Assembly: GCA_051362555.1 (NCBI GenBank)
Contig: CM120640.1
Coordinates: 25,902,225 to 25,966,224 of the forward strand
Length of the DNA: 64,000 nt
Direction of reading: 5' to 3'
DNA from: Lingula anatina
Lineage: Eukaryota > Animalia > Brachiopoda
How positions within the stretch are numbered: the first letter of the stretch is position 1; each line of letters starts with the position of its first letter. This document shows, in pieces, positions 50,302-62,890 of the stretch. The position numbers and the translations under genes are program-made. The notes below the pieces were generated by a model. The model saw nothing but the letters and a program-made list of their open reading frames with translations, ran no database searches and had not been told where the DNA came from.

Positions 50302-53300
50302 TTTTTTTCTATTCCATACATTTTATTGATAAGAGAGAGAGAGAACATGCCTTTCTAAAAAAAAATTACATGTGCAGTACAACATCCTTAAAATGGTTGG
50401 TTTCTGTCAGAGTTATGCATGTAATGGTGTTGAAGTAGTAAATAAGCCAGTTACTTTTTCATTAACCTGCAAAGCCTTCAAAATACCATGAAATGAACCA
50501 AAACGAGAAGCGTGTTTTATGGTACTGACCTTGTCACCCCAATCAACCAATCAAAGAGATGCATATCCTGAGTTATCATGATAAATCCCCTTGAAAAATA
50601 TAGCACTGGGAATGATCACTTTACACAGGTTCTTATTTGAAAGGTAATTCCATTATACATGGAATTTCTTAAGTTTTTTGTCTTAACTGTTAATATAAGT
50701 ATACCTGGATTTAATTAGAAGAAAAAAATGAGTCTATCAGATTTGACTGACTGAAATTAGTTTTTTTTTTTTTACTTTATAACCTTTGCTACTGGATTTT
50801 ACTTCATCCATCAAAAACAGCCTCATTCAACCATGATACCATTTTATGGTAAGTGGGAAAGTATTTTTTAATTGGACAGGGAAAGGTAATATTTGTTTAT
50901 CAACTGTCACATTAAGAAATTCAATATTCAAACAGTTTGCATACATAGTTATTTTAGCTTGATCGTGTTACCATGTGCACTGTAGATGTAATTTAATATT
51001 CTTTTATTTACGCACAGAACTATCCTAATCCTTTTTTTCTTAAAAAAAATTAAGGCACTGAAAACAAAGCCCAACATTACGAGCAAGCAATCCTTGCTTC
51101 TGAAAAAGAAACTACTTTCTCCCAGCATTGCTTAATCAAATTAAAGATAATCACAACTGAAATTCCAAACAGATGGCACTGCCGATTTTGTGGTAATAAT
51201 ACAAGAAATGTACACCCATGTCTCAAACACTCTGAATGCCAAGTAAAGATGTTCCCTGATTGTTATGATGTAATAGAGTAGGCATTGCTAAGGTTACATG
51301 CTGGCTTAAAGCAAATGCTAAAGAACTGAATATCCAGTTCAGAGGTTGTGCAAAAGGCAGTAAAAACAATTTACATGCCTTTCATCTTTCATGTTTTTTC
51401 CTTGAACATTACTGGTTATGACATTTTTCTTACCTTTCACATATTTTACCTAGCAGGTAGCTGTGGCATGCCTGTAATTGCCGCCCAGAAATAAGTAGTC
51501 TGACACTCAATGAATTTTGTTATATTAATTTGTTTTTATTTGGTAGGGCACAAGTTTGTTTGGATTACAATATGGGATTGTAAGTTTGAGACATACTTGT
51601 TCAAAGTTCAAAAGAACCAAATGAGAAGTTTCAAGTCAGTTACGTTTTCCAAACAATGACAATATTATTTGCCCATGATAAAAATGACAACAACTATAAT
51701 GCATAAAAATTTATGAAATATATCTTCTCCCAATTTATCTCACACAATATGATAAAAACCATGTTTCTAAGCAGTCCTTCATGGTTAAAAGAGAACTATA
51801 GAGGCACTGAATAAATCTAATGTCTATTTCTTTAACTGAGAAGTCGTCTTTCATCTATACCTGAAGGTAAAAGTTTGACTTGTTTCTAAAACAAATCTTA
51901 GTGTAAAGTGTAAGCCGTGCATAATGGTTTTCCTACAACACTTGATGTTGTATTATGCTACAATCTGGTAGCACATTTCCCAGAAATTGCTTTTGGCAGG
52001 TTTAACAGAATTTGTGTAAAAAAATGTTCAAACTATGAAAAATGTTTGGATTGAGCATAATTACGGAGGATATGTCAGTCTTCTTAGATTTAAAGTGTAT
52101 GCAAAACCAGTTGACCTTATCGGTGCAAGTTTTAAGGTGGCAAGATAACATGCCTCAGAGAAAGTGACATTTCCAAGGTACTTCACTTCTTCTTTCTTTC
52201 CCAGATGTGCCGCCTGGCTGAATTGCTATTTTTAAAAAGAGCCAGATATGCCTTCCATTCTAATCATGTTGAGTCTCGAATTTGATTAAATGAGGGTAAG
52301 AGATATACCATTAAATTCAATGGTCAAAGCCTGGGAGAAAATTTACTACAGATATGTTCACTCAGGCTCCACTTGTTCAGAAAGTGCTGGTTGCAAGGTG
52401 GCAAAACAGGCAGGTTTAAAACCCTCACATGGCGCCCTTTTTAAATTGGCCTGTATCTATCCCCCTTTCCCTCATTTACACCCTGCTCTCTTCATCATCA
52501 AACAGGTACAAAGCTTGAAGATACATGCAGATTCCAACAGTACCAAAAACTTGAAGAAATCTAACAGCTAAGAAGTAATAATTCTTTGTTTTAGTTTGAC
52601 AATGTGCTGACATTAGGAGTATTCCCTGACTGAGGTCCATGAAACTAAGTGTTTTTATTTCCCTCTTAGTTCAAATTGGATAAAACAAAATAATTAAGAT
52701 ATTCGTATGTCCCTTTGCCTTCTCTGATATTTGACGTTCTTGACATCACAAACAAAACTGAAACTAAGGGACCATTCCCACAGATATTTGGATCGATCTT
52801 CCTCCCTGGGGAGTCTCACTAAATTGCTATCAACTTAACTGGCTTAAATGTCTGTCACACCTAGTAAAGCTGTTAGGGGGTAATTATCTTTAACCCGTAG
52901 CTGATTCGGTAGGCATGACAGACATTTAAGACAGTTAAGTTGATAGCAATTTAGTGAGACTCCCCAGGGAGATAGACCAATACATTACAGATGGATGGAT
53001 CTACAGTAGGCGTGGGAACCCAGTCTAATAGCATACAGCTCTATGCAGCCACCCTGGGTTGATTGCTTTGCATCAATTTTATTCTCTTTTCAACAAACAT
53101 CTGATCCTGGGTTTCAGCAGGCAGTACCTTATATACATTGTAGAATATGTCATTACAATCTACTAATTATTATTATAATAGCCTGCAAAACATAGAGAAG
53201 AAAATTAAATTCATACCAACAGGTGTGTAGGAAATGGTATTGGATGCTGTACATGGCAAAACAACATAAACCAGAAATTACTTGGGTGCTTTTACAGTAT

Positions 53301-56300
53301 TTACTCCTTTATCTGAACAGATGCCTGTCATCTTTCACACTGTACCTACTGTATCTAATTTCCACCAATCAGCTTATTTTCATTGCTTGCATAAAAAAAG
53401 ATTACCGGAAATATAGTTCAAAGTAAAAAAGTGTTTTCACCAATAACAAATACTCATTTCCTTGATCCTTCATATTGCTTTGGACTCCCATTTCAGGAAA
53501 AATGTTACAATAAAGGGACAAAAAGCATATTTCAAATTGAGTATAGAATATCTAATTGTTTAAGATTTTTTAATGGTTTTCTTATTACAGACAGTAAAAT
53601 AAAACATCTTCTAAGGGTCTGTGGTATACCATGTTTCAATGCATATACTGTAGTTACCAATATTTTTAAAACTGTGTATGTGTACATATTCATCAACACT
53701 GGAAAGTGCTATCCTGTGGATAACACTATCTGAAATTGTTATCCTCTGGGCAATTATCCTGTGGGTTAAGAAATGTTTTCTACACAGTAGGTACTTATTT
53801 TTTCTAATATTGCTATCCAATGGCTACCATTTTCAGGATAATTGTCCAGAAGATAACAGTTTTATCTAATGGATATCTAATGGATAGCGTTATCCATAGG
53901 ATAACAGTATCCAGTGTTGATGAAACTGGGCCTTAGTGCACAGAGAGTAGTAGCAGGTACAACAGATAGGTGCACCTTGCTACATGTACCACAGAATGAA
54001 AAGTGACATGTTTCAGGACATTTTAGATATCTTGTGGTGCAAAGTTCACAAAAAGTGCAGTAACAAAGTGCATATACTGTTAGTCTGCAGGTGATAGTTT
54101 GTAAGCTTACTGCCAACAACATATGTCAATCAAGTTAATGCATTGGCTTACTTATTAGGCAGCCCACACAATATCCTAAGGTGTGCCATTATTTAGCATG
54201 ATCTGTAGCTAAAGATTAATTAATTCTGTCCACAAGTTGCCATCAATCCCCACTGAACCAAACCACAGATAAATCTCCTCGCTCCCTTTTACCGGCCATA
54301 ATCAGACTTCTGGGATTCTACCCTTTTCAACTAAAGATGATATACTGAATTAAATCTAACTTCATCAATATTCATTTATTATTTATGACTCTGGATTCCA
54401 GGAACCTGGAGATTGTTCGATTTTTCTGATACCCAAATATGGCTGCAGTATTTTGCAGTACTTTACTAGGTCCACATTGGTCACTCACTGAGCTGGTTTA
54501 CAATAAATGGATCATACAAATTCCTCCACTCAATATACTTGTAATCATACACATTATGCATTAATTCTCATTCAATATGGTTGTAATATTGATTAAAAGC
54601 CACACAAAATATGACATCAGGAAACCACCAAATCAAACCGACAAAACGCAAGTGGTTGCAACCCATTCCTAACAACCAACATGTTGTCTACATTCTCTTC
54701 AAAGGAAATCCAAAATAGAGTATTTCCAGCCTTCAAGCCACATGTTTCCCTTTCTCTCCTTCTTCATACCATATCTTTTTACCTCAGATACCTCACAATA
54801 TACTTGTATTATATTAAAATGAACAGCTTTCTCCTGAAGAACAGAGAAGCTACACCCTTTGGTTTACATCTGCAACTACTTCTAAATGTTTATTTTTCAT
54901 TAGCTTACATTTCGTGTCCAAGACATAGTTAAAATCAGCACTGATCTACACAAACATTTTTTTTTTGCATGAAAGTTGTTCCTTTGGATCATAGTTCATA
55001 TCTCTTTCACCTTGGTGTTCCTCTTAGGGCCTAAAGGAAAGGAACTCTCACCACACCACAAGGGTCAAGGTGTCTGCCCACATGTATATATACATCAGAT
55101 CCCAGATAGACTATCCCACTGAATGTGTATTCTGTCTCTATCAAGTAGGAGAAAATGTATTAACAGGAAATCAGAAATACATTAGGTTATAAACAGCATA
55201 TCATTTTGGCTTTAGCTAATCTAATTCCAAGAGTCTCTCCAGCCCCCTGTCTATGTCTGGAAAAATCCTGCTCAAATCAAATTAGTAATGCATAGTTTAC
55301 CTTTACAGGCAAACTGAGAGATTTTCTTGGGTCAACAGAGTAGCCATATTCACAGTAGCTTTTTTTTTCAAACCATTTATTTTCTGAAAAGGGAAAATTG
55401 AAAAACATTTTTTGCATCTGCAGTTCTGAGTTCAAGAGAAGAGGGAGTTGGGAAGTGCACTTACTGAATAAATAGTATGAGTTAACCCCTATTAGACTTA
55501 CAAAGATCAAACACTTTAATATTCCTAAAATAATATTCTTGCTTTAAAAGTAAACTAATTAAAGAAACCACAGAGCTCAATCTTTACCACAGACCATTTC
55601 ACCAGGTGCTCTTTTCTGGGATAATTTGATCCCAAGTGCTGTGTGAGAACATGAAAAACCTAACAGACTGTGAAAATCAAAGAGGTGTAAAGCAACATGA
55701 TTTCAGTGCCTTAAAAAAATGTGCAGCAGCAGTCAACTCATGTTACTACCAACTCCTACTCGACTTTGACATGTTTCAGCTTTCCCTGAATCAGGCACAG
55801 CAAGAATAGAGTGTGAGTTGGAGGACAACTTGACAGCACTGACAGACAGCTGGCAGCTTGTTCACTCTTAATTATCCATTATAGAAATCCCCTCTGATAA
55901 CAAGTTATGTCTGGCAGCCTCATATATTTGAGTTTACTAAATCAAATAGCATCAACACTGGAAAACATCCTAATAGATTTCTAGCGTTTGGATGCAGAAA
56001 CTGCTAATGTTAGTGAACATGATAAATGCATTGGCCAAAGTCATACATCAATCAACAGGAAATTCACAAACAAATGATTCTACAAGCAGCAATAACTTAG
56101 TGAGAGAGGCAGCTATTTTTTGCAAAAAGTCTGCTCTGGTGATCATTTGTTGTGAATTATACTGTCTGTGCTCCAGATATGAATGTTTGTACTGTCCTAG
56201 AACAAAGAAAATGGATTAATGAATTTCAGCTTACCTGACTTTCCTACCCCAAGTACTCCTAGTAATGCAATGTTGAACTCTGGCAGCGAAACAGAAGATC

Positions 56301-56361
56301 CATTCCGCTGTGGTTTCCTAGAAGTCATAGTTGCTGTATTGCTTGCATTTGCTGTCGGCAT
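42577..56361 (-). CDS. RASL12: Ras-like protein family member 12-like small GTPase (RERG/RASL11/RASL12 group), 5 coding exons, 268 aa from ATG 56361
   Basis: Exons 56361-56235, 49962-49906, 44106-44033, 43572-43385, 42937-42577 join in frame (807 nt). G1 GVLGVGKSALTVKYLTRRYIMEYDP, G3-like MDTYD, G4 LVGNKMD, G5 ETTA; PLFITE and C-terminal FKIF resemble RASL12; no CAAX. Confidence 0.85.
43091..43318. mobile_element. Degenerate CAGTGGCGGA-type MITE
   Basis: Starts cagtggcggattaagggggg; ends ccccccc...cctggattcagtcctg (decayed inverted terminus). Confidence 0.55.
43385..43572 (-). CDS. RASL12: RASL12-like exon
   Basis: EGSDPERYLRWADGIIVVYSITSRQSYEEA...LVGNKMDLERY. Confidence 0.93.
44033..44106 (-). 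CDS. RASL12: RASL12-like exon
   Basis: DTYTKHECIDAQEIIVRIMDTYDR. Confidence 0.92.
45447..45519. repeat. (AT)n microsatellite
   Basis: About 36 AT units. Confidence 0.95.
45826..48926. mobile_element. Non-autonomous Foldback-like DNA transposon with modular long inverted repeats
   Basis: Termini GCCGGTGT(A/C)..CATGAAAATCTGACTCCC in inverted orientation, flanked AT|...|AT; each arm has 33-bp subrepeats plus 4 x ~185-bp units; diverged inverted similarity extends to about 46910/47660; no transposase ORF. Confidence 0.88.
49299..49555. mobile_element. 257-bp palindromic MITE-like element
   Basis: 119-bp arms (about 16 mismatches, no indels), 19-nt loop, GAG direct repeat on both flanks. Confidence 0.75.
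49906..49962 (-). CDS. RASL12: RASL12-like exon (switch I)
   Basis: LTVKYLTRRYIMEYDPYM, phase 1-1. Confidence 0.92.
50259..50297. repeat. (AG)n microsatellite
   Basis: About 19 units. Confidence 0.95.
52802..52971. mobile_element. MITE with ~56-bp terminal inverted repeats
   Basis: ctccctggggagtctcactaaattgctatcaacttaactg(g/t)cttaaatgtctgtca present in inverted orientation at both ends. Confidence 0.8.
53689..53932. mobile_element. Degenerate MITE, left end truncated
   Basis: ttcatcaacactggaaagtgctatcctgtggataacactatc vs inverted gatagcgttatccataggataacagtatccagtgttgatgaa(actgggcc). Confidence 0.65.
56235..56361 (-). CDS. RASL12: RASL12-like first coding exon (exon may start at acceptor 56469)
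   Basis: MPTANASNTATMTSRKPQRNGSSVSLPEFNIALLGVLGVGKS|gtaagc. Confidence 0.85.
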
Positions 56362-59300
56362 GAATGTTGTCTTGTAACAGTGACAAATTACAGAACAATA
56401 TTCTTCTTTTCCCTGAATCAAAAGCCGCAGATTTTCCAGACACCTCTTCACAGGGTCTTCACAGTCACTCTGTAACAATAAAAGCAGTTAAATTTGAGCT
56501 AGGCAAATGAAATGTATGCCATTTGGTGTCAATGTTTCCAAAGGCAATGGTCATCAAGTCCCTTGAAACCCAATTTTTTTCCTTGCATCAAGAACAGTGT
56601 TTTGTAGTATCCACTAGTGACCATCATCAACAATGTCCAGTTGAGTTATTCCTTGGGCAACCCAAAAAGTTGGGACTACTTCAATTTTGTTGCCTATTCC
56701 AGCAACTTTGTATTGCATAAGCTACTCCAGGTAGAGAGCAGTGACCTCTGTCTAAACAGTCAAGTAAACAAGCTAAAATAACAACAGCATACAGTCAGTT
56801 ATCCTATCGTCTGGTTAGAACTTACTGGAAACTTATATCAAATCTTGAAATAAACTCAATATATATGTACCTTCAAGAACTATTACATGAATCAACACCA
56901 GTTCCAAATTTGGACACAAAATGTGTTATTTGTGCTTTTTATAGGAAAAATAGCACCTCTATTTGAAAACTTTAAAATAAATATACATCACACATCACAT
57001 TTCAGTTTTACCAAAAGCTTTGCAATCTTGTTACTAACTGTTACATTAAGTAGAGAATGAAGAACCACGAATCTACATAACAATGAAAAACAGCAGAAAA
57101 AAAGCCCAAACTGTAGGAGCTACAGTACCAACCTTTTCAAGCCAATGTCCTTTCTCCAGTAAAATGCATTTGTTTCTACCAATAGTTCTGAAGGCTAATA
57201 GTAGTACAACTGGTTGACTCTGGTTCACAACTAGGCCTCCTGTGAAGAGTTATGACTTTCGAAGAGAAATAAATTACTCCACAATTACTTCACTTGAGCA
57301 CTTTCAAATTAAGACCACATTTCCTACTTCTAGTTTTGCCTCACTTGTGCAGGAAAAAAATGGACCACATCAGACCCTTACCATAGGTTTACAGGAATTT
57401 TGGCGTAATGTCTTTAATTCGTCAGCCTCCAGCTAAAACTCAACCTTCCCACTGTTCCCTTTACATGTGCTTTTATATTTTACAACAGCACTGGTCCTCA
57501 ATCAGATCCTGCCACTTTTGAGATTAATGCAAAACATAGTGTTCTTGGTGCAGTTGTTCTCAGTGCTACATACCAGTACAGCAGATTTTTACACCTATTT
57601 CCAGCTATCTGTACAATACATCAAACTGCATCTGATAATCCCATTCATTCAGCACTCATCTTCTTAATGACCAAAATGAACTTAGCTAAAGCTAAATCCA
57701 TCTAAGCTCTCAGGTGCTATTTGCCCAGAATTTATGTCTTGCCTGCCAAGCGACCAATCAGCAACTGGTAGTGTGGGCAGTCCAAGCTCCAAATTGTTCA
57801 ACAAGTCTATCCATTGACTGAATGGGTGAACAGTAGGTAGAACCAGGAGTAACGGTATTATATATTTAAATCAATTAACGCAATGTTATATGTCTGTTCA
57901 GTAGTACACTTATGCTACCATGATACCCAGAAGGATTTGAATAAATAAAATTGCTTTTTTCTTCTTATATCTAATATACATTTTTGATGGGCTAAATTTG
58001 ATTTTGAATTACATAAAATAACGATATTTAATTTAGTTGAAATTAACAGATTTTACACACACACATTTAAAAAAATTGACTAATAATGAAAACAGTTTTA
58101 GGTTTAGTGTACTTTCAATGATATGAATACCTGTCATCTGAGAGCCCATGTGAAGCAAAGGTGAGGCATAAAGGCAGACCACTTAACTGTGCTCTTTTTT
58201 TGTCTTCCACATGACAGGTGCTGACAGCATTGCCTACATTCTGGGCAAGCCTTGTCCACCTTTCTTTGCAATTGGCCAGAAACATTTCTGGGAACTTAAC
58301 TTATCCCTTAATGATAATGATGGCAACTGATGTATCTATATATTTAGCGGAAAAGATAAAATTAATGACAAGTACTGAACTGGCTAACATAAACCACCAT
58401 TTCACATTTGAGTTACGTAAGAGTGCAATTTTCAAACACTCACAAAATTGAAAAGTTTCATATCAACAGACTGCACTTAATGTAAGAGTTATGAAGCATG
58501 CTTTTTGGTTTATTTTCCACCTAAAAGCTAAAATGACATGATGGAATAAAGTGCTGCCTTAGGGTTTTTGGGAGGCTTACTTCATCTTAAACTTATTTAG
58601 TTTATATGTATTGCAAACTGTGAACAGAAAGAATATTCTTCTAATGAAGTTTGACACCTGTGCCAGATCTTCTGAAATCACATTAAAAATGGGCATGCAG
58701 AGAAGCACAATAACCTCCATTTCCAGAAAATTTGTAAATTAAATCCTATAGCTTTTGTTGATTTGCACCACCTGATTGAGTAACTCTCCTCCGCCAAAAT
58801 AAACACACTTACCAAGTGAGTGGATGGTAAAAATTTCTGTAGACATGGTAGGGAAACATACATTGGTTTTTACTTCATTGAACAATTTATTCCTTCTAAA
58901 TGTATTAAGCGTGACCATAATAGTTCATTCTGCTGGTGTTTGATGGCAGACTGATTTGGTTTTTACAGCTGTGGTCTACCTGCTGCAAACATTGTGGTTT
59001 TATTTTAATGCTTATGTCATGTTAAATAGGGCTGTAAGGGCAGTGGTATATTTTCAGGGAGGTAAGAGTCTTAAATTGTCAATATTAAGCTGTGTTCTGA
59101 ATTAACATTGAGAGACAGAGACAGACAGATAAACAGAGAGAGAAAGAGAGAGAGAGAAAGAGAAAGAGATTCCTTCCTTCTATTCCATAGATTTTCTTTT
59201 TTCTTGATAAGTCACCATAATGAAAAGCTACTCCCTGTAATGCAGTGAATTTCTTTGGTGAAAACTATAGTCACACCTGTTGTTGTTTCTAAATGCTCGA

Positions 59301-59829
59301 TACTGGCTTCTACAAATGTTCAAGGAAAAAAAAAACAAACTCAGCAAATAACCTTGCAGAAAAAAATGTCAAAACTCTTAAATTAGAACCAGAAAACACC
59401 TGTATGGCCAGATTAGAACTCTGATTATCTATTTATTCATTTCGATGAATTTTGGTGAAATGGAGGGATATTTTGTAACTTAAATTCACAAAAGCAAATA
59501 CTTAACAATTCCTGCCATTGATTGTCAAAATTCAAAATTGCTGAAATTCTTTGCCTTTTATCTACTTTTTACTCTCTCGAGTTATCAATGAAAGTCCAAC
59601 TTAAGTCCAACTGTGAGCTATGATAAGGAAATAAGTACTTGTACTCTCATTCCCTGACAAATACACAAAACATGTATTTCTCCGTTTCAAGAAGATCACC
59701 TGACTGAAAGTATTTCTGTAACAATTTCCGGTATTTGATGTGTGTGCTCAGCTACTGCAATTTTGTTTAAAGATTAAAATCAGTTGTGCACCTCCATGGT
59801 AACCAACTCTGATACAATCAACTTTCATT

Positions 59830-62800
59830 AACTAGAGGATCAGAGAGGCGATACCGCCTCCAAATATTGTACCACCAGCTGGAGCAAACGCATTCGTATA
59901 GACCCCCACATACACAAAATAAGGGACACAGCCACCAGTTTTGTGCTTGACAAGCTGTAAAAATGCAATCAACAAGAATTTTTAAACTATTGCGAAAAAT
60001 ATATATGGTACAATCAAATTTAAGTTCTTCGTAAGGTAGGTCAAGGGTCAATTTCAAGGTCACAGTAAATTGCCAGTATATGACTTCCTATTCAAGTTCA
60101 AGAGTAACTATGGACCTATCTCTGTCAAGTTTGAAGTTAAAAGAGAAAGAAATTAGCAGAGTTCAGTTCATGATAAAAAGTAGTTCAAAGGTCAATTTCA
60201 AGGTCACACTTAGATTGCCAGTATAGGACTTCCTATTCAACTTCAATAGTAACTATGGACCTATCTCAGCCAGTTTTGGAGATAAAAGGGAAGCAAAATT
60301 CGCAAAATTCAGTTCATGGTGAAAAGTAGGTCAAAGGTCAATTTCAAGGTCACATTTAGATTGCCAGTATATGACTTTCTATTCAAGTTCAATAGTAACT
60401 ACGGACCTATCTCAGCCAGTTTTGGAGATAAAAGGAAAACAAAATTTGCAAAATTCAGTTCATGGTGTAAAGTAGGTCAAAGGTCAATTTTAATGTCACA
60501 TTTATAATGCCAGTATATGACTTCCTATTCAAGTTCAATAGTAACTACGGACCTATCTCAGCCAGTTTTGGAGATAAAAGGGAAGAAAAGTTTGCAAAGT
60601 TCAGTTCATGGTGAAAAGTAGGTCAAAGGTCAATTTCAAGGTCACATTTAGATTGCCAGTATATGACTTCCTATTCAAGTTCAATAGTAACTATGGACCT
60701 ATCTCTGCCAGTTTTGGAGATAAAAGGGAAGCAAAATTTGCAAAGTTCAGTTTATGGTGAAAAGTAGGTCAAAGGTCAATTTTAAGGTCACATTTAGATT
60801 GCCAGTATATGACTTCCTATTCAAGTTCAATAGTAACTACAGACCTATCTCAGCCAGTTTTGGAGATAAAAGGAAAGCAAAATTTGCAAAATTCAGTTCA
60901 TGGTGTAAAGTAGGTCAAAGGTCAATTTTAAGGTCACATTTAGATTGCCAGTATATGACTTCCTTTTCAAGTTCAATAGTAACTATGGACCTATCTCAGC
61001 CAGTTTTGGAGATAAAAGGGAAGAAAAGTTTGCAAAGTTCAGTTCATGGTGAAAAGTAGGTCAAAGGTCAATTTTAAGGTCACACTTAGATTGCCAGTAT
61101 ATGACTTCCTATTCAAGTTCAATAGTAACTATGGACCTATCTCTGCCAGTTTTGGAGATAAAAGGGAAGCAAAATTTGCAAAGTTCAGTTTATGGTGAAA
61201 AGTAGGTCAAAGGTCAATTTTAAGGTCACACTTAGATTGCCAGTATATGACTTCCTATTCAAGTTCAATAGTAACTACGGACCTATCTCAGCCAGTTTTG
61301 GAGATAAAAGGAAAGCAAAATTTGCAAAATTCAGTTCATGGTGTAAAGTAGGTCAAAGGTCAATTTTAAGGTCACATTTAGATTGCCAGTATATGACTTC
61401 CTATTCAAGTTCAATAGTAACTATGGACCTATCTCTGCCAGTTTTGGAGATAAAAGGGAAGCAAAATTTGCAAAGTTCAGTTTATGGTGAAAAGTAGGTC
61501 AAAGGTCAATTTTAAGGTCACATTTAGATTGCCAGTATATGACTTCCTATTCAAGTTCAATAGTAACTACGGACCTATCTCAGCCAGTTTTGGAGATAAA
61601 AGGAAAGCAAAATTTGCAAAATTCAGTTCATGGTGTAAAGTAGGTCAAAGGTCAATTTTAAGGTCACATTTAGATTGCCAGTATATGACTTCCTATTCAA
61701 GTTCAATAGTAACTATGGACCTATCTCTGCCAGTTTTGGAGATAAAAGGGAAGAAAAATTTGCAAAGTTCAGTTCATGGTGAAAAGTAGGTCAAAGGTCA
61801 ATTTCAAGGTCATAGTAAGATTGCCAGTATATGACTTCCTATTCAACTTCAATAGTAACTATGGACCTATCTCTGCCAGTTTTGGAGATATAAGGGACTA
61901 GATGTTATAATTTTGGAGTTACCATAATGTGCCTTAAATTTCGTACAGAAAAAATTAATTAAAATAAAGAAAATGTCATTTTGGTCAAAATTCTTGAAAT
62001 AGGAGGTGCTCTGAAGTTTCAGAAGTTCAAATTTGATGAAATAATGTCATTTTTGAACACAAGTTGTCTGCTTTGCCAAGCCTTATGTTTTATTTTTCCA
62101 GAGTTCAAAATTTATTATCCATTACCGTACTGCACATTTTGCTTTTACCACCAATATGTACTTTTTGATACTGCGTAACTCGAAAACCGTATGGAATACA
62201 AAAAAACCGAGACCATCTCCAGTGTTGGGCTTTACATGCTCTACAAAATGCAAAAAAGAATTAGTCTCTAGCATTAACGGTTCCCGAATTAGAGACAGTT
62301 TTCAGTTTCGGTATCTTATGGCCGCTACTCCCGTGAAAATGCACCGATTGACCCCAAATTCATGGAGATGAAAGATGACCTGAAGGGTAACACTTTCCAA
62401 TAATATTATTGGTTAAGTCTGTGTGGTGTCTGAATAACAGGGCAAAAAAAATTTTTTTCGTAAAAAATTTCATTTTTTTGAAAATTTTGGCCCATTTGAC
62501 CTTGAAGTAGAGGTCAAAGGTCAAATCCAAGGGTATATTTGAAATCTACACATATGACTTTTAGAAAGCCGTCTATAGAAATTTTTCCCATAACTCCTTC
62601 CGTAGGGTAGATAATTAGCATTTAATTTTGCCATTTTTAGACAAGGGTGCATTGCAATGAGTGCCACACCCAGACCCCAATACCGACAAAGCCCAAATTT
62701 TACGTGGAACGAGTTGAGATTATAGGTGACATAAATCCATGAGATGGGTACGGGGGCCCTTACCGTCTAGGAGGAGAAGCGGTAACGGTAGCCGTCCGGC

Positions 62801-62890
62801 GGAGCCGGCGGAGCCAACGGAGCCGGCGGAACGATCCGGACGGGACCGAAACCATGTGTACCGCCAGCGCTAACGCTGGTGGTACAAATT
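59830..62890 (-). mobile_element. Non-autonomous Helentron (HINE/DINE-1/pearl-like) with satellite core
   Basis: Minus-strand order: subTIR TTGTACCACCAGC (62887-62875), its inverted partner (62869-62857), TCCG-rich microsatellite-like block (about 62795-62845), central tandem array, 3' subTIR (59879-59867), GAGGCG/CGCCTC stem-loop (59845-59860), CTAG-TT end (59835-59830). Confidence 0.85.
60036..61898. repeat. 146-bp tandem satellite array, about 13 copies
   Basis: Monomer gtaggtcaaaggtcaatttcaaggtcacatttagattgccagtatatgacttcctattcaag... starts at 60036, 60180, 60326, 60472, 60618, 60764, 60910, 61056, 61202, 61348, 61494, 61640, 61786. Confidence 0.97.

Noticed and set aside
60036-61898. 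CRISPR-like array or repeated 101-aa proteins (MVKSRSKVNFKVTFRLP...)
   Set aside because: Contiguous 146-bp monomers with no unique spacers; eukaryotic context; the ORFs are by-products of the repeat
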